Assembly: GCA_049969715.1 (NCBI GenBank)
Contig: JBMFOH010000007.1
Location: forward strand, 10,284-74,283
DNA: 64,000 nucleotides
DNA from: a bacterium
Lineage (GTDB): Bacteria > DUMJ01
Direction: 5' to 3'
Positions within the stretch are counted from its first letter, which is position 1. Each line of letters opens with the position of its first letter. The translations under genes and the position numbers were made by a program. The notes beneath the pieces were generated by a model. That model was not told where the DNA came from and ran no database searches. It saw only the letters and a program-made list of their open reading frames with translations. Positions 29,833 to 39,064 of this stretch are shown here, piece after piece.

Positions 29833-31926
29833 ATGTTTCAGAGAATTAGAAAGAGAGATGGAAGGATAGTAGAGTTTGATGCTAGCAAGATAACAAATGC
29901 TATCTCTAAAGCGGGGATTGCTACTGGAGAATTTGGTAGGGATATAGCAGAAAGACTTACCCTGAAGGTCTTGAGTCTGGCACAAGAAACCATAAGAGAC
30001 GAGATACCTGGAGTGGAAGAGATCCAGGATTGTGTAGAAGAGATATTATTATCTTCCCCATATCGTAAGACTGCTAAGGCATACATACTCTATAGAGACC
30101 AGCATGCAAAGCTTAGGGAGATTACTGCCAAAGCTAATATAGATCTAGTAGATCAATATCTAGAGAAACTAGATTGGCAGGTAAATGAAAACAGCAATAT
30201 GACATTTTCTCTACAGGGGCTAAACAACTACATCTCCTCAGAGATCAGTAAGATATACTGGCTCAACAAGATATACCCCTCAGAGGTTAAGAATGCTCAT
30301 ATAAATGGAGATTTTCATATACATGATCTAAATAGCCTCTCTGTATACTGCGTAGGGTGGGACCTTCAGGACCTATTGATAGAGGGATTCAAGGGTGTTC
30401 CAGGTAAAGTAGAGAGTAAACCAGCTAGACACTTCAGAAGTGCATTGGGTCAGATAGTAAATTTCTTCTATACTCTTCAGGGAGAGGCAGCAGGAGCCCA
30501 GGCATTTTCAAGCTTTGATACCCTTTTAGCCCCGTTTATAAGATCTGATAAGTTAAGTTATAAAGAGGTAAAACAGGCTCTACAAGAGTTTGTATTTAAC
30601 ACAAATGTTTCTACAAGGACTGGTTTTCAAAGTCCATTTACTAATATTACTCTAGACCTCACCATACCCAAGTTTATGGAGGACCAACCTGTTATAATCG
30701 GAGGAGCACCACAATCTGCCACTTATGGAGAATTTCAGGAGGAAATGGATATATTAAACAAAGCATTCCTAGAGGTAATGCTCGAAGGTGACGCCAAAGG
30801 AAGGGTATTTACCTTCCCTATTCCTACCTATAGCATTACCAAAAACTTTGACTGGGATAACCCAAATCTTGATCTTCTTTGGGAGGTTACGGCTAAGTAT
30901 GGAATTCCATACTTCTCTAACTTTATAAACTCCGATATGGACCCTGAAGATGTAAGAAGTATGTGCTGTAGACTAAGACTTAACAACCGTGAGCTAAAAA
31001 AACGTGGTGGGGGGCTATTCGGTGCAAATCCTTTAACAGGCTCTATAGGAGTAGTTACTATAAATATGCCGAGGCTTGGCTATCTTTCAAAAAGTGAGAA
31101 TGAATTTTTAGAAAGATTAGAAAGATTAATGGTCCTAGCAAAACAGAGTCTTGAAATAAAGAGGAAGGTCCTTGAGAAGTTCACAGATAGAGACCTATAT
31201 CCCTACTCTAGATTCTATCTAAGATCTGTGAAGAGCCGTTTTGGAGAGTACTGGAAGAATCATTTCTCTACAATAGGTCTTGTAGGGATGAATGAGGCAT
31301 TGCTAAATCTTCTAGGTGTAGACATCGGTTCAAGAGAAGGGAAGGAATTTACATTAAAGGTTCTAAACTTTATGAGAGAAAAATTACTAGAATTTCAAGA
31401 AGAGACAGGAAATATATATAATCTTGAGGCTACCCCAGCAGAAGGAACATCGTATAGGCTTGCTAGGATAGATAAAGAAAAGTATCCAGATATTATATGC
31501 GCAAATGAAGAAGAGTACAGAGAAATACTAGCTGAACCATTCTATACAAATTCCACCCAACTTCCTGTAAACTATACAGATGATATCTTCTCTGCCCTAG
31601 ATCTCCAAGATGATATCCAGACCATGTATACTGGAGGCACAGTGCTCCACATCTTCGTAGGAGAAAGGATACAGGATACTGAAAGCACAAAGACTCTAAT
31701 AAGAAAGATATGTGAGAACTATAGACTTCCATATATAACGATAACCCCAACGTTTAGCATCTGCCCAAGTCATGGCTATATGGCTGGGGAACACTATGAA
31801 TGCCCCAAATGTGGAGTCCGTACAGAAGTATATTCTAGGGTAGTTGGATACCTACGTCCAGTAAGCCAATGGAATAAGGGTAAGCAGGAAGAGTTTAAGT
31901 TGAGAAGGACATTTAAGACTAAGTAA
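29833..31926 (+). CDS. nrdD: anaerobic ribonucleoside-triphosphate reductase (class III) with ATP-cone
   Basis: N-terminal ATP-cone (RIRKRDGRIVEFD..KI), a C-terminal Zn ribbon (CPSHG..C..CG) and the glycyl-radical motif RVVGY. Confidence 0.9.
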   Translation: MFQRIRKRDGRIVEFDASKITNAISKAGIATGEFGRDIAERLTLKVLSLAQETIRDEIPGVEEIQDCVEEILLSSPYRKTAKAYILYRDQHAKLREITAKANIDLVDQYLEKLDWQVNENSNMTFSLQGLNNYISSEISKIYWLNKIYPSEVKNAHINGDFHIHDLNSLSVYCVGWDLQDLLIEGFKGVPGKVESKPARHFRSALGQIVNFFYTLQGEAAGAQAFSSFDTLLAPFIRSDKLSYKEVKQALQEFVFNTNVSTRTGFQSPFTNITLDLTIPKFMEDQPVIIGGAPQSATYGEFQEEMDILNKAFLEVMLEGDAKGRVFTFPIPTYSITKNFDWDNPNLDLLWEVTAKYGIPYFSNFINSDMDPEDVRSMCCRLRLNNRELKKRGGGLFGANPLTGSIGVVTINMPRLGYLSKSENEFLERLERLMVLAKQSLEIKRKVLEKFTDRDLYPYSRFYLRSVKSRFGEYWKNHFSTIGLVGMNEALLNLLGVDIGSREGKEFTLKVLNFMREKLLEFQEETGNIYNLEATPAEGTSYRLARIDKEKYPDIICANEEEYREILAEPFYTNSTQLPVNYTDDIFSALDLQDDIQTMYTGGTVLHIFVGERIQDTESTKTLIRKICENYRLPYITITPTFSICPSHGYMAGEHYECPKCGVRTEVYSRVVGYLRPVSQWNKGKQEEFKLRRTFKTK

Positions 31927-31935
31927 GGAGGAATT

Positions 31936-32490
31936 ATGGGAGTAAAACCAGACAGATGGATAAAAAGAATGGCAAAGGAATATGGGATGATAGAACCATT
32001 CTCAGAAAATCTAGTCTCTAAAGGCAAAATCTCCTATGGAATTTCCTCTTATGGCTACGATGTAAGGGTGGATAATAAATTTAAGATCTTCACAAATATA
32101 AACAGTACTATCGTTGACCCGAAGAATTTCGACAGTAAATCCTTCGTTGATATAGAATCAGATGTATGTATAATTCCTCCTAACTCCTTTGTCCTAGCCA
32201 AATCTGTAGAATACTTCAGAATTCCAAGGAACGTCATCGTTATATGTATTGGAAAATCTACCTATGCTCGATGTGGCATCATTGTCAATGTAACCCCTCT
32301 AGAACCAATGTGGGAAGGCTATATTACGTTAGAGATCTCTAATACTACCCCTCTCCCAGCAAAGATCTATGCCTATGAAGGAATAGCTCAGCTTCTCTTT
32401 TTTGAAGCTGACGAGCCCTGTGAGGTTTCCTATGCTGAGAGAAACGGTAAATACAATAAACAAGAAGACCTTACATTACCGAGGGTATAG
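31936..32490 (+). CDS. dcd: dCTP deaminase
   Basis: [33 protein letters not shown] motifs. Confidence 0.85.
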   Translation: MGVKPDRWIKRMAKEYGMIEPFSENLVSKGKISYGISSYGYDVRVDNKFKIFTNINSTIVDPKNFDSKSFVDIESDVCIIPPNSFVLAKSVEYFRIPRNVIVICIGKSTYARCGIIVNVTPLEPMWEGYITLEISNTTPLPAKIYAYEGIAQLLFFEADEPCEVSYAERNGKYNKQEDLTLPRV

Positions 32491-33179
32491 TGGTTATAGG
32501 GGGACTCCAGAAATTCTCACTGATAGACTATCCTAAAAAGGTCTCAGCTGTTGTATTTACATTTGGTTGTAACTTTAGATGTCATTATTGTCACAATCCA
32601 GAGCTTGTAGAGCCAACCCTATTAAATGGCATATTAGACGAAGAATTTATTTTAGATTTTTTAAAAACTAGAATAAATAAACTAGACGGAGTAACAGTAA
32701 CCGGAGGAGAACCAACTCTCCATAGAGACCTTCCTAAATTTCTGTCAAAGATAAAAGAATTAGGATTCCTAGTGAAACTGGATACAAACGGAAGTATCCC
32801 AGAGATGCTGAAGGAACTAATAAAGGATAATCTTTTGGATTATATAGCAATGGACATAAAGGCTCCTAAAGAAAAGTATAGAGATATCATCGATGCAGAT
32901 TTAGACCTTGCTAAGATAGGAGAAAGTATAAACCTCATTATGAGTTCTAGGATAGACTATGAGTTTAGGACTACTGTAGTTAGGTCCTTACTCCTGCCAG
33001 AAGATATCCTTAGTATAGCCAAGATGATAGAAGGGTCTAGGCTATTTGTTATCCAGAGATTTATTTCTACAAAGACCTTAGACCCAAATTTTATAAATGA
33101 GAAGAGCTATTCGGATGAGGAATTACATAGGATACAACAGGAAGTATTGAAATTAGTCAAAAATTGCATATTAAGATAG
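32490..33179 (+). CDS. nrdG: anaerobic ribonucleotide reductase activating protein (radical SAM)
   Basis: GCNFRCHYCHN is the Cx3Cx2C-type cluster of class III RNR activases. The gene is translationally coupled within the nrdD operon. Confidence 0.8.
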   Translation: MVIGGLQKFSLIDYPKKVSAVVFTFGCNFRCHYCHNPELVEPTLLNGILDEEFILDFLKTRINKLDGVTVTGGEPTLHRDLPKFLSKIKELGFLVKLDTNGSIPEMLKELIKDNLLDYIAMDIKAPKEKYRDIIDADLDLAKIGESINLIMSSRIDYEFRTTVVRSLLLPEDILSIAKMIEGSRLFVIQRFISTKTLDPNFINEKSYSDEELHRIQQEVLKLVKNCILR

Positions 33180-34138
<959 letters not shown>

Positions 34139-34141
<3 letters not shown>

Positions 34142-34160
34142 GAGGCACTAGTGCCTCCTA
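34139..34160. terminator. 22-bp perfect palindrome between convergent pyrR and ADH genes (bidirectional terminator candidate)
   Basis: TAGGAGGCACTAGTGCCTCCTA spans both stop codons. Confidence 0.45.
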
Positions 34161-35174
34161 TTCATTAGGATCTATTAGAATCTTTACCCCTTCCCCTTTT
34201 CGCATAATATCTATCCCATTCTTCAATTCTCTAAGGGGGAGTTTATGAGTAACAAGTTTTTCTACAGGTACATTACCACTTTCTAATATTGCCACCGTCT
34301 GGGGGAAACTAAACCAAGAGATATAGGAACCAAAGACCTTAAGTTCGTATCTAGGAATCAGTATCTGTTTTATCTGAGGAAGAGCATTTTCATTCATCCC
34401 AAAGAGTAGAATAGTGCCATTCCTTCTTACTAGATTAATAGCAGTCTCGAACTGATTCCCTACTGCATCTATCACTATATCTGCTCCTATCTCCGTTAGA
34501 GCTAGTACCTCCTTTTTCACATCAACCTCTTTTGGATTTAGAACTACACTAGCACCCAGCTCCTTTGCCATCTTTGCCCTAACAGAAGTTGGCTCTATTA
34601 CTATAATCCTTCCTGATCCCTGTGCCTTAAGCATAAGTAAGAATAAAAGCCCCATAGGACCAGCTCCAATAAGGACAACATTATCCCCAACCTGAAGGTT
34701 CAGCTTTCTCATTGCGTTTACTATACAGGAGAGAGGCTCAGCCAAAGCAGCCCTTTCTACTGGTGTCTCTTTTGAAATCTTATAGAGCGCCTTGCTTGGG
34801 GCTACATTGTACTGGGCAAATCCACCGTCTATATATATACCAAGGGTAGTAAAGTTTTCACACATATTTGGAAGACCTCTCCTACAGTAACGACATACCC
34901 CACAGGTAAGGTTCGGATCAATCACTACCCTATCTCCTATCTCCAAGTTCTTTACTGCAGGTCCTTTCTCTTGAACTATCCCTACATACTCATGACCTAA
35001 AATAACCCCTGGAGTAGCAGGATGCCCTGGTGGTACCTCTAGAATGTGGACATCAGTTCCACATATACCAGCCAGACCAACCTTTATTAAGACCTCATCT
35101 GGTTTTGTAATCCTTGGTTCCGGAACCTCTCTTATACTTAGTCTCCCCTCACCTTCAAAGATTCCTGCCAACAT
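34158..35174 (-). CDS. zinc-dependent alcohol dehydrogenase (MDR family)
   Basis: GICGTDVH, GHE, a Cx2Cx2Cx7C structural-zinc motif, and the GAGPMG Rossmann motif. Confidence 0.75.
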   Translation of the reverse strand: MLAGIFEGEGRLSIREVPEPRITKPDEVLIKVGLAGICGTDVHILEVPPGHPATPGVILGHEYVGIVQEKGPAVKNLEIGDRVVIDPNLTCGVCRYCRRGLPNMCENFTTLGIYIDGGFAQYNVAPSKALYKISKETPVERAALAEPLSCIVNAMRKLNLQVGDNVVLIGAGPMGLLFLLMLKAQGSGRIIVIEPTSVRAKMAKELGASVVLNPKEVDVKKEVLALTEIGADIVIDAVGNQFETAINLVRRNGTILLFGMNENALPQIKQILIPRYELKVFGSYISWFSFPQTVAILESGNVPVEKLVTHKLPLRELKNGIDIMRKGEGVKILIDPNE

Positions 35175-35183
35175 ATCTTCCTC

Positions 35184-36302
35184 CTAAAAACCAATCCTAG
35201 GTAGGCTATATACCGTCTTCCAACCCTCTGACTCTGGCTCTCTAAGGTATGGTTCCATCTCTTTAGCTGACCTCAAGGTTACTTCTTCCACAGGTGGAAT
35301 CTTTCCAGGAGGGAAGACTTCTAGAATCTGGTCTATCACTAAGGTGAGATATCTCAATATTGCAGCCACAGGTCTCTTTGCCTTTCTTGCATCTCCAGCA
35401 CTAGCCTTACCTACTACCCCCTCTGGTTGGGCAGAGATCTCTATAGGAGCATGACCTTCACCCTCAGACCATCTATGAGGTCTATGGTAAGGCTCTACAG
35501 ATTTATCAAAGTGACCATCAGGTAGATAACTCTGTCCTTTACCTACAGTATCTTCTGCCAGGCTCATATCTACCATTCCTTCTGGAAACAGAAGAAGGGC
35601 TAAGGACGTCTCCGATTCATCTGCATGGACAAATGGAGTTTCTACTAGATCTGGCTTCCCCTTTGGATAGAAAAATTCCCTTACCGCCCTATGCCAATCT
35701 AAAACCTGGAATATTCCTGGAAGTTGATACCTATACATAAACTCATGGAGTGCAGACTCTAGAACCCAAAGTTGCCCATGGTTATTTACATATATCTGTT
35801 TACGGAATCCATCATTCCAAAGTCCCAACATAACATTGACAAGTATTTCTTTAACTACATCCTGAGGCAACATTATCGTTCCAGGCATTCCTATATGATG
35901 GAATGGATGGGCACCATAATTTACAGGAGACCATACCAAATTTACAGGTCTCCCTTGTTTTGCAGTATACCTCCTTACTCCTTCTAAAATCTGAGTTACA
36001 ACAAGCGTATCTAAACCAGAGATAGAATGCCTACCATGTTTTTCAGTAGAACCTATCGGCACTAAAACTATATCATTCTTTCTTCTATTCTCTATAACCT
36101 GCTGTCTTATAGTAGTTTGAATGTAAGTCCCCGGTTTCCCCAATTCAGGAGGAGATGGAATTCCATACTCTTTCAGTATTGCATCTATCTCATCTTCACT
36201 AGCGTCCCATATCTTCTTTTTTAATCTTCCTACCTCTGTATTCTCGAAAACTATTCCTGGATTCTCTGTGGTTAACCAAAAACTGTTCTCCATATTGTTC
36301 AC
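35184..36302 (-). CDS. creatininase-family amidohydrolase with ~110-aa C-terminal extension
   Basis: LVPIGSTEKHGRHS..LDT (vs consensus PxGxxEQHGPHLPLxTD) and HADESETS motifs. It lies between two Zn-ADH genes with 7-9-nt spacing. Confidence 0.6.
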   Translation of the reverse strand: MNNMENSFWLTTENPGIVFENTEVGRLKKKIWDASEDEIDAILKEYGIPSPPELGKPGTYIQTTIRQQVIENRRKNDIVLVPIGSTEKHGRHSISGLDTLVVTQILEGVRRYTAKQGRPVNLVWSPVNYGAHPFHHIGMPGTIMLPQDVVKEILVNVMLGLWNDGFRKQIYVNNHGQLWVLESALHEFMYRYQLPGIFQVLDWHRAVREFFYPKGKPDLVETPFVHADESETSLALLLFPEGMVDMSLAEDTVGKGQSYLPDGHFDKSVEPYHRPHRWSEGEGHAPIEISAQPEGVVGKASAGDARKAKRPVAAILRYLTLVIDQILEVFPPGKIPPVEEVTLRSAKEMEPYLREPESEGWKTVYSLPRIGF

Positions 36303-36309
36303 TCCTCTC

Positions 36310-37464
36310 CTACATCCTCACCATAACCTTTCCATCTTCCCTATGGGTAGTCTTTTCTATTGCTTTTACCGCATCGCCAAGGGAAAATCTAGAGGTTATG
36401 ATCTGAGTCATATCTATCCTACCAGACGCCATAAGTCTTATCACATTTTGAAACGTTCCATAGCCAGAATGTCCTTGAGAGCCAAAGATTTGAGCCGCAT
36501 GGGTTTGGAAATACTCTAGATAAACTGGAACCCTATCTGCTGCTCTTCCTATCTGGACGATCTTACTTCCAATAGCAAGAGTCTTTTCCATCTCAGGAAT
36601 TGTCTTTGTAGGCGCCCCTGCTGCCTCAACAAATAGATTTGCTCCGAAACCATCTGTTACCTCTATAATAACCTCTGCAGGATTAACATCTATAGGATTA
36701 TATACATACTCTGCCCCCATCAATCTTGCGAGTTCTCGTCTCTTAGCAGAAACCTCAAATGATACTATCTTTGAAGCCCCAGCCGCTTTAGCTAATGCTA
36801 TAGAAGCCAATCCTATAGGACCAGCACCGAAAACTACTACATATCCTCCTGGCTTAAACCCTTCTGCTCTTACAAACATTCCGTTATAGGCGACACTGGT
36901 AGGTTCAACTAGTGCACCTGCTTCAAATGCCTTATCTCTATCACCATATCTAGTAGCTATCCCATCTATCTTCCAGCAATATTTGGCTCCTATCACTATA
37001 TATTCAGCAAAAGCTCCATTGATAGTAAAACCAATCTCCTCTAAGTTTAAACACTGATTCGGATAGCCATTTCTACATGGTACACATTCTCCGCACCAGA
37101 TCATCTCCTCGGCAGTGACCATATCTCCTACCTTTAGGTCTTTTACATCCTTCCCTACCGCTACTACCTCTCCAGAAAATTCATGGCCTATTACAGAGGG
37201 GAATTTGGTTAGACCTGGGTACAGGATGTAATTATCCTTATCTGTTTCATAAAAGTGGACATCCGAACCGCACACACCACAGGCTTTTACCTTTAATACT
37301 ACATCCTTAGGTCCTGGGGTTGGATCTGGAACCTCTTTTACCTCTAATCTAGGGTTCTTCCAGATACTGTTTCCTGTAATTGCCTTGCCAGTAGTCTTTT
37401 CAAAATCTGAGACCACATAACCTGGCTTTGGCGTCCATTCTGCATCAAGTACTAATCCTTTCAT
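36310..37464 (-). CDS. zinc-dependent alcohol dehydrogenase (MDR family)
   Basis: CGVCGSDVHFYE, GHEFSG, a Cx2Cx2Cx7C motif, and GAGPIG. Confidence 0.75.
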   Translation of the reverse strand: MKGLVLDAEWTPKPGYVVSDFEKTTGKAITGNSIWKNPRLEVKEVPDPTPGPKDVVLKVKACGVCGSDVHFYETDKDNYILYPGLTKFPSVIGHEFSGEVVAVGKDVKDLKVGDMVTAEEMIWCGECVPCRNGYPNQCLNLEEIGFTINGAFAEYIVIGAKYCWKIDGIATRYGDRDKAFEAGALVEPTSVAYNGMFVRAEGFKPGGYVVVFGAGPIGLASIALAKAAGASKIVSFEVSAKRRELARLMGAEYVYNPIDVNPAEVIIEVTDGFGANLFVEAAGAPTKTIPEMEKTLAIGSKIVQIGRAADRVPVYLEYFQTHAAQIFGSQGHSGYGTFQNVIRLMASGRIDMTQIITSRFSLGDAVKAIEKTTHREDGKVMVRM

Positions 37465-37465
37465 C

Positions 37466-38239
37466 CTAAAACACCTCCTGTTTTAATCTGTTTATAACCT
37501 CTTCTATCCTTTTAGGTATCCACACATACAACTCATCCCAACTCAAAAATAGCTCCTTGGTAAATCTAAATTCCTTTCTAAAATTAAATGTAGGGATAAA
37601 TGCATATCTAGAAAGATAATTCAAAACCAATTCATCCTTATCGAGTGTCTTCTCTAGCCTTCCTTTAAATATATCGGTTACGAGTAATCCACCAATCCCC
37701 GCATGTATGGAACAAGAGGGTATGAATCTCTCTCTAGGCTCAAACCAACTGGGAGTTGGAGCAAAGGCATGCTTTCCTGGCTGCGAATAGATAACTGGAT
37801 GACCATTTCTCATCTCTACATTATCCATCAAATGATAACCACCATGCCAGCTAGCCTCTACCCTCCTGATATTGTTATCCTCTCCTACATATACCCAACT
37901 ATGTTCTAACTCGTAGAGATGTTCAATATCCCAATCCCAATATATAGCATATTCTATAGCATATACCTCTTTTTCATCGAGTATTATTTCTCTTGGAAAT
38001 GAAGAAGACTTACTGTTCCTGCTGAAGATAGTATACCCAACCTTTATGGGAAGAAAAGGCTCTTTCTCATCAAACATTATTATAGGAGCATATTTTAAAC
38101 AAAGTTCAATCTCATTATCCATTTTAACCTCTTTAAGAAAATGTTTTCTAGAAGAATTATAAAACATCACGGTCCATATGTCAATAATCTGATCTTCTAT
38201 AACTGTTGCATAAATGGTGGATGAAGTTGCAATTTTCAT
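37466..38239 (-). CDS. hypothetical protein (first gene of ADH/creatininase operon)
   Basis: Long ORF with plausible composition that is 1 nt from the next gene. I recognise no domain. Confidence 0.4.
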   Translation of the reverse strand: MKIATSSTIYATVIEDQIIDIWTVMFYNSSRKHFLKEVKMDNEIELCLKYAPIIMFDEKEPFLPIKVGYTIFSRNSKSSSFPREIILDEKEVYAIEYAIYWDWDIEHLYELEHSWVYVGEDNNIRRVEASWHGGYHLMDNVEMRNGHPVIYSQPGKHAFAPTPSWFEPRERFIPSCSIHAGIGGLLVTDIFKGRLEKTLDKDELVLNYLSRYAFIPTFNFRKEFRFTKELFLSWDELYVWIPKRIEEVINRLKQEVF

Positions 38240-38293
38240 AATATTAAATTAACTCATCAACAAAAATCGCAACAGTCATGTTTCACCAAACTA

Positions 38294-38321
38294 TTGACAT
38301 TTTTATTTTATTTAATATAAT
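38294..38321 (+). promoter_or_regulatory. near-consensus sigma70-type promoter (TTGACA-16-TATAAT)
   Basis: TTGACA at 38294-38299, a 16-nt spacer, TATAAT at 38316-38321. It is ~25 nt upstream of the wHTH gene's GGGAGG RBS and ATG. Confidence 0.45.
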
Positions 38322-38341
38322 TTATATAGAATTTTGGTTTT

Positions 38342-39064
38342 TTGGGAGGATATATGAGTATAACTAAAAGGAGAATAGACTTTTTGAAGACCTTAGCCAA
38401 GCTCTGTAAGGAACAAGAGTGTCCTGTACATTATTCTCTCGTAGCAGAAAAACTTGGGGTAAGTAAATGGACCGCCTATGACCTCCTTACAGCATTAAAG
38501 GAGGAGGGGTACGTAGAAGTCTTGTATATTCTTAATGAAAAGAGTGGAGGAAGAAGTTCTATAGCCTTTAAGCTTACACCTAAAGGAGAAGATGTAATTT
38601 CAGAGGGACATAGAGAGGATATAGAGAGAACTAGAAGAGAGATCAGAGAGAAGATAGAATCATCTAAAAAACTCTCTATAAATGAAGTCCTTCAGGCAGG
38701 ACTCAAAGAGATCTCTGAAGCGAAGTCTCCAATCCTTAAGGCATTAGATATAAGTATAGTGCTTTATATCCTGAGCCAGAAGATAGCTATAAATTGGGAT
38801 AGTATAAGTTCAGTGTATAATACGCTTTCCAAGAACATAGACCCTCAGAGTGGACTCTTGGGACTTACTGCCCTTCTTACAGGGCTCATCCTGGCAAAGG
38901 CTGGCCTTACAAGGTATGGAGGCACCTTGAGTATAAAATTAGAACCTCTACTTAGCAGATATAAAGAGATCCTACAGGGGCTTTCTTTTAAAGAGAAAGA
39001 GACATTACTCTCTATTACTAGAGAGATCTATAGAGAAAAACTTATTATCGGAAAGGAGGAGTGA
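38342..39064 (+). CDS. winged-helix DNA-binding-like protein of unknown function, translationally coupled to radical SAM enzyme
   Basis: N-terminal MarR/wHTH-like segment (VAEKLGVSKWTAYDLLTALKEEGYVEV). The C-terminal half is hydrophobic and helical. Its stop overlaps the rSAM ATG (ATGA-type coupling). Confidence 0.4.
   Translation: MGGYMSITKRRIDFLKTLAKLCKEQECPVHYSLVAEKLGVSKWTAYDLLTALKEEGYVEVLYILNEKSGGRSSIAFKLTPKGEDVISEGHREDIERTRREIREKIESSKKLSINEVLQAGLKEISEAKSPILKALDISIVLYILSQKIAINWDSISSVYNTLSKNIDPQSGLLGLTALLTGLILAKAGLTRYGGTLSIKLEPLLSRYKEILQGLSFKEKETLLSITREIYREKLIIGKEE

Noticed and set aside
37466-38239. Possible NPP1/NLP (necrosis-inducing) similarity of the 257-aa hypothetical protein (YAIYWDWD...EHSWVYV...ASWHGGY)
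   Set aside because: The resemblance is from memory only and the diagnostic GHRHDWE heptapeptide is not conserved, so it is not reliable enough to assert.
38240-39064. SCIFF-type or other short precursor peptide immediately upstream of the rSAM
   Set aside because: The rSAM ATG overlaps the stop of a 240-aa gene. The only small ORFs in the 38240-38341 spacer (MFHQTIDIFILFNIIYI; MTVAIFVDELI) are Cys-free and lack an RBS.
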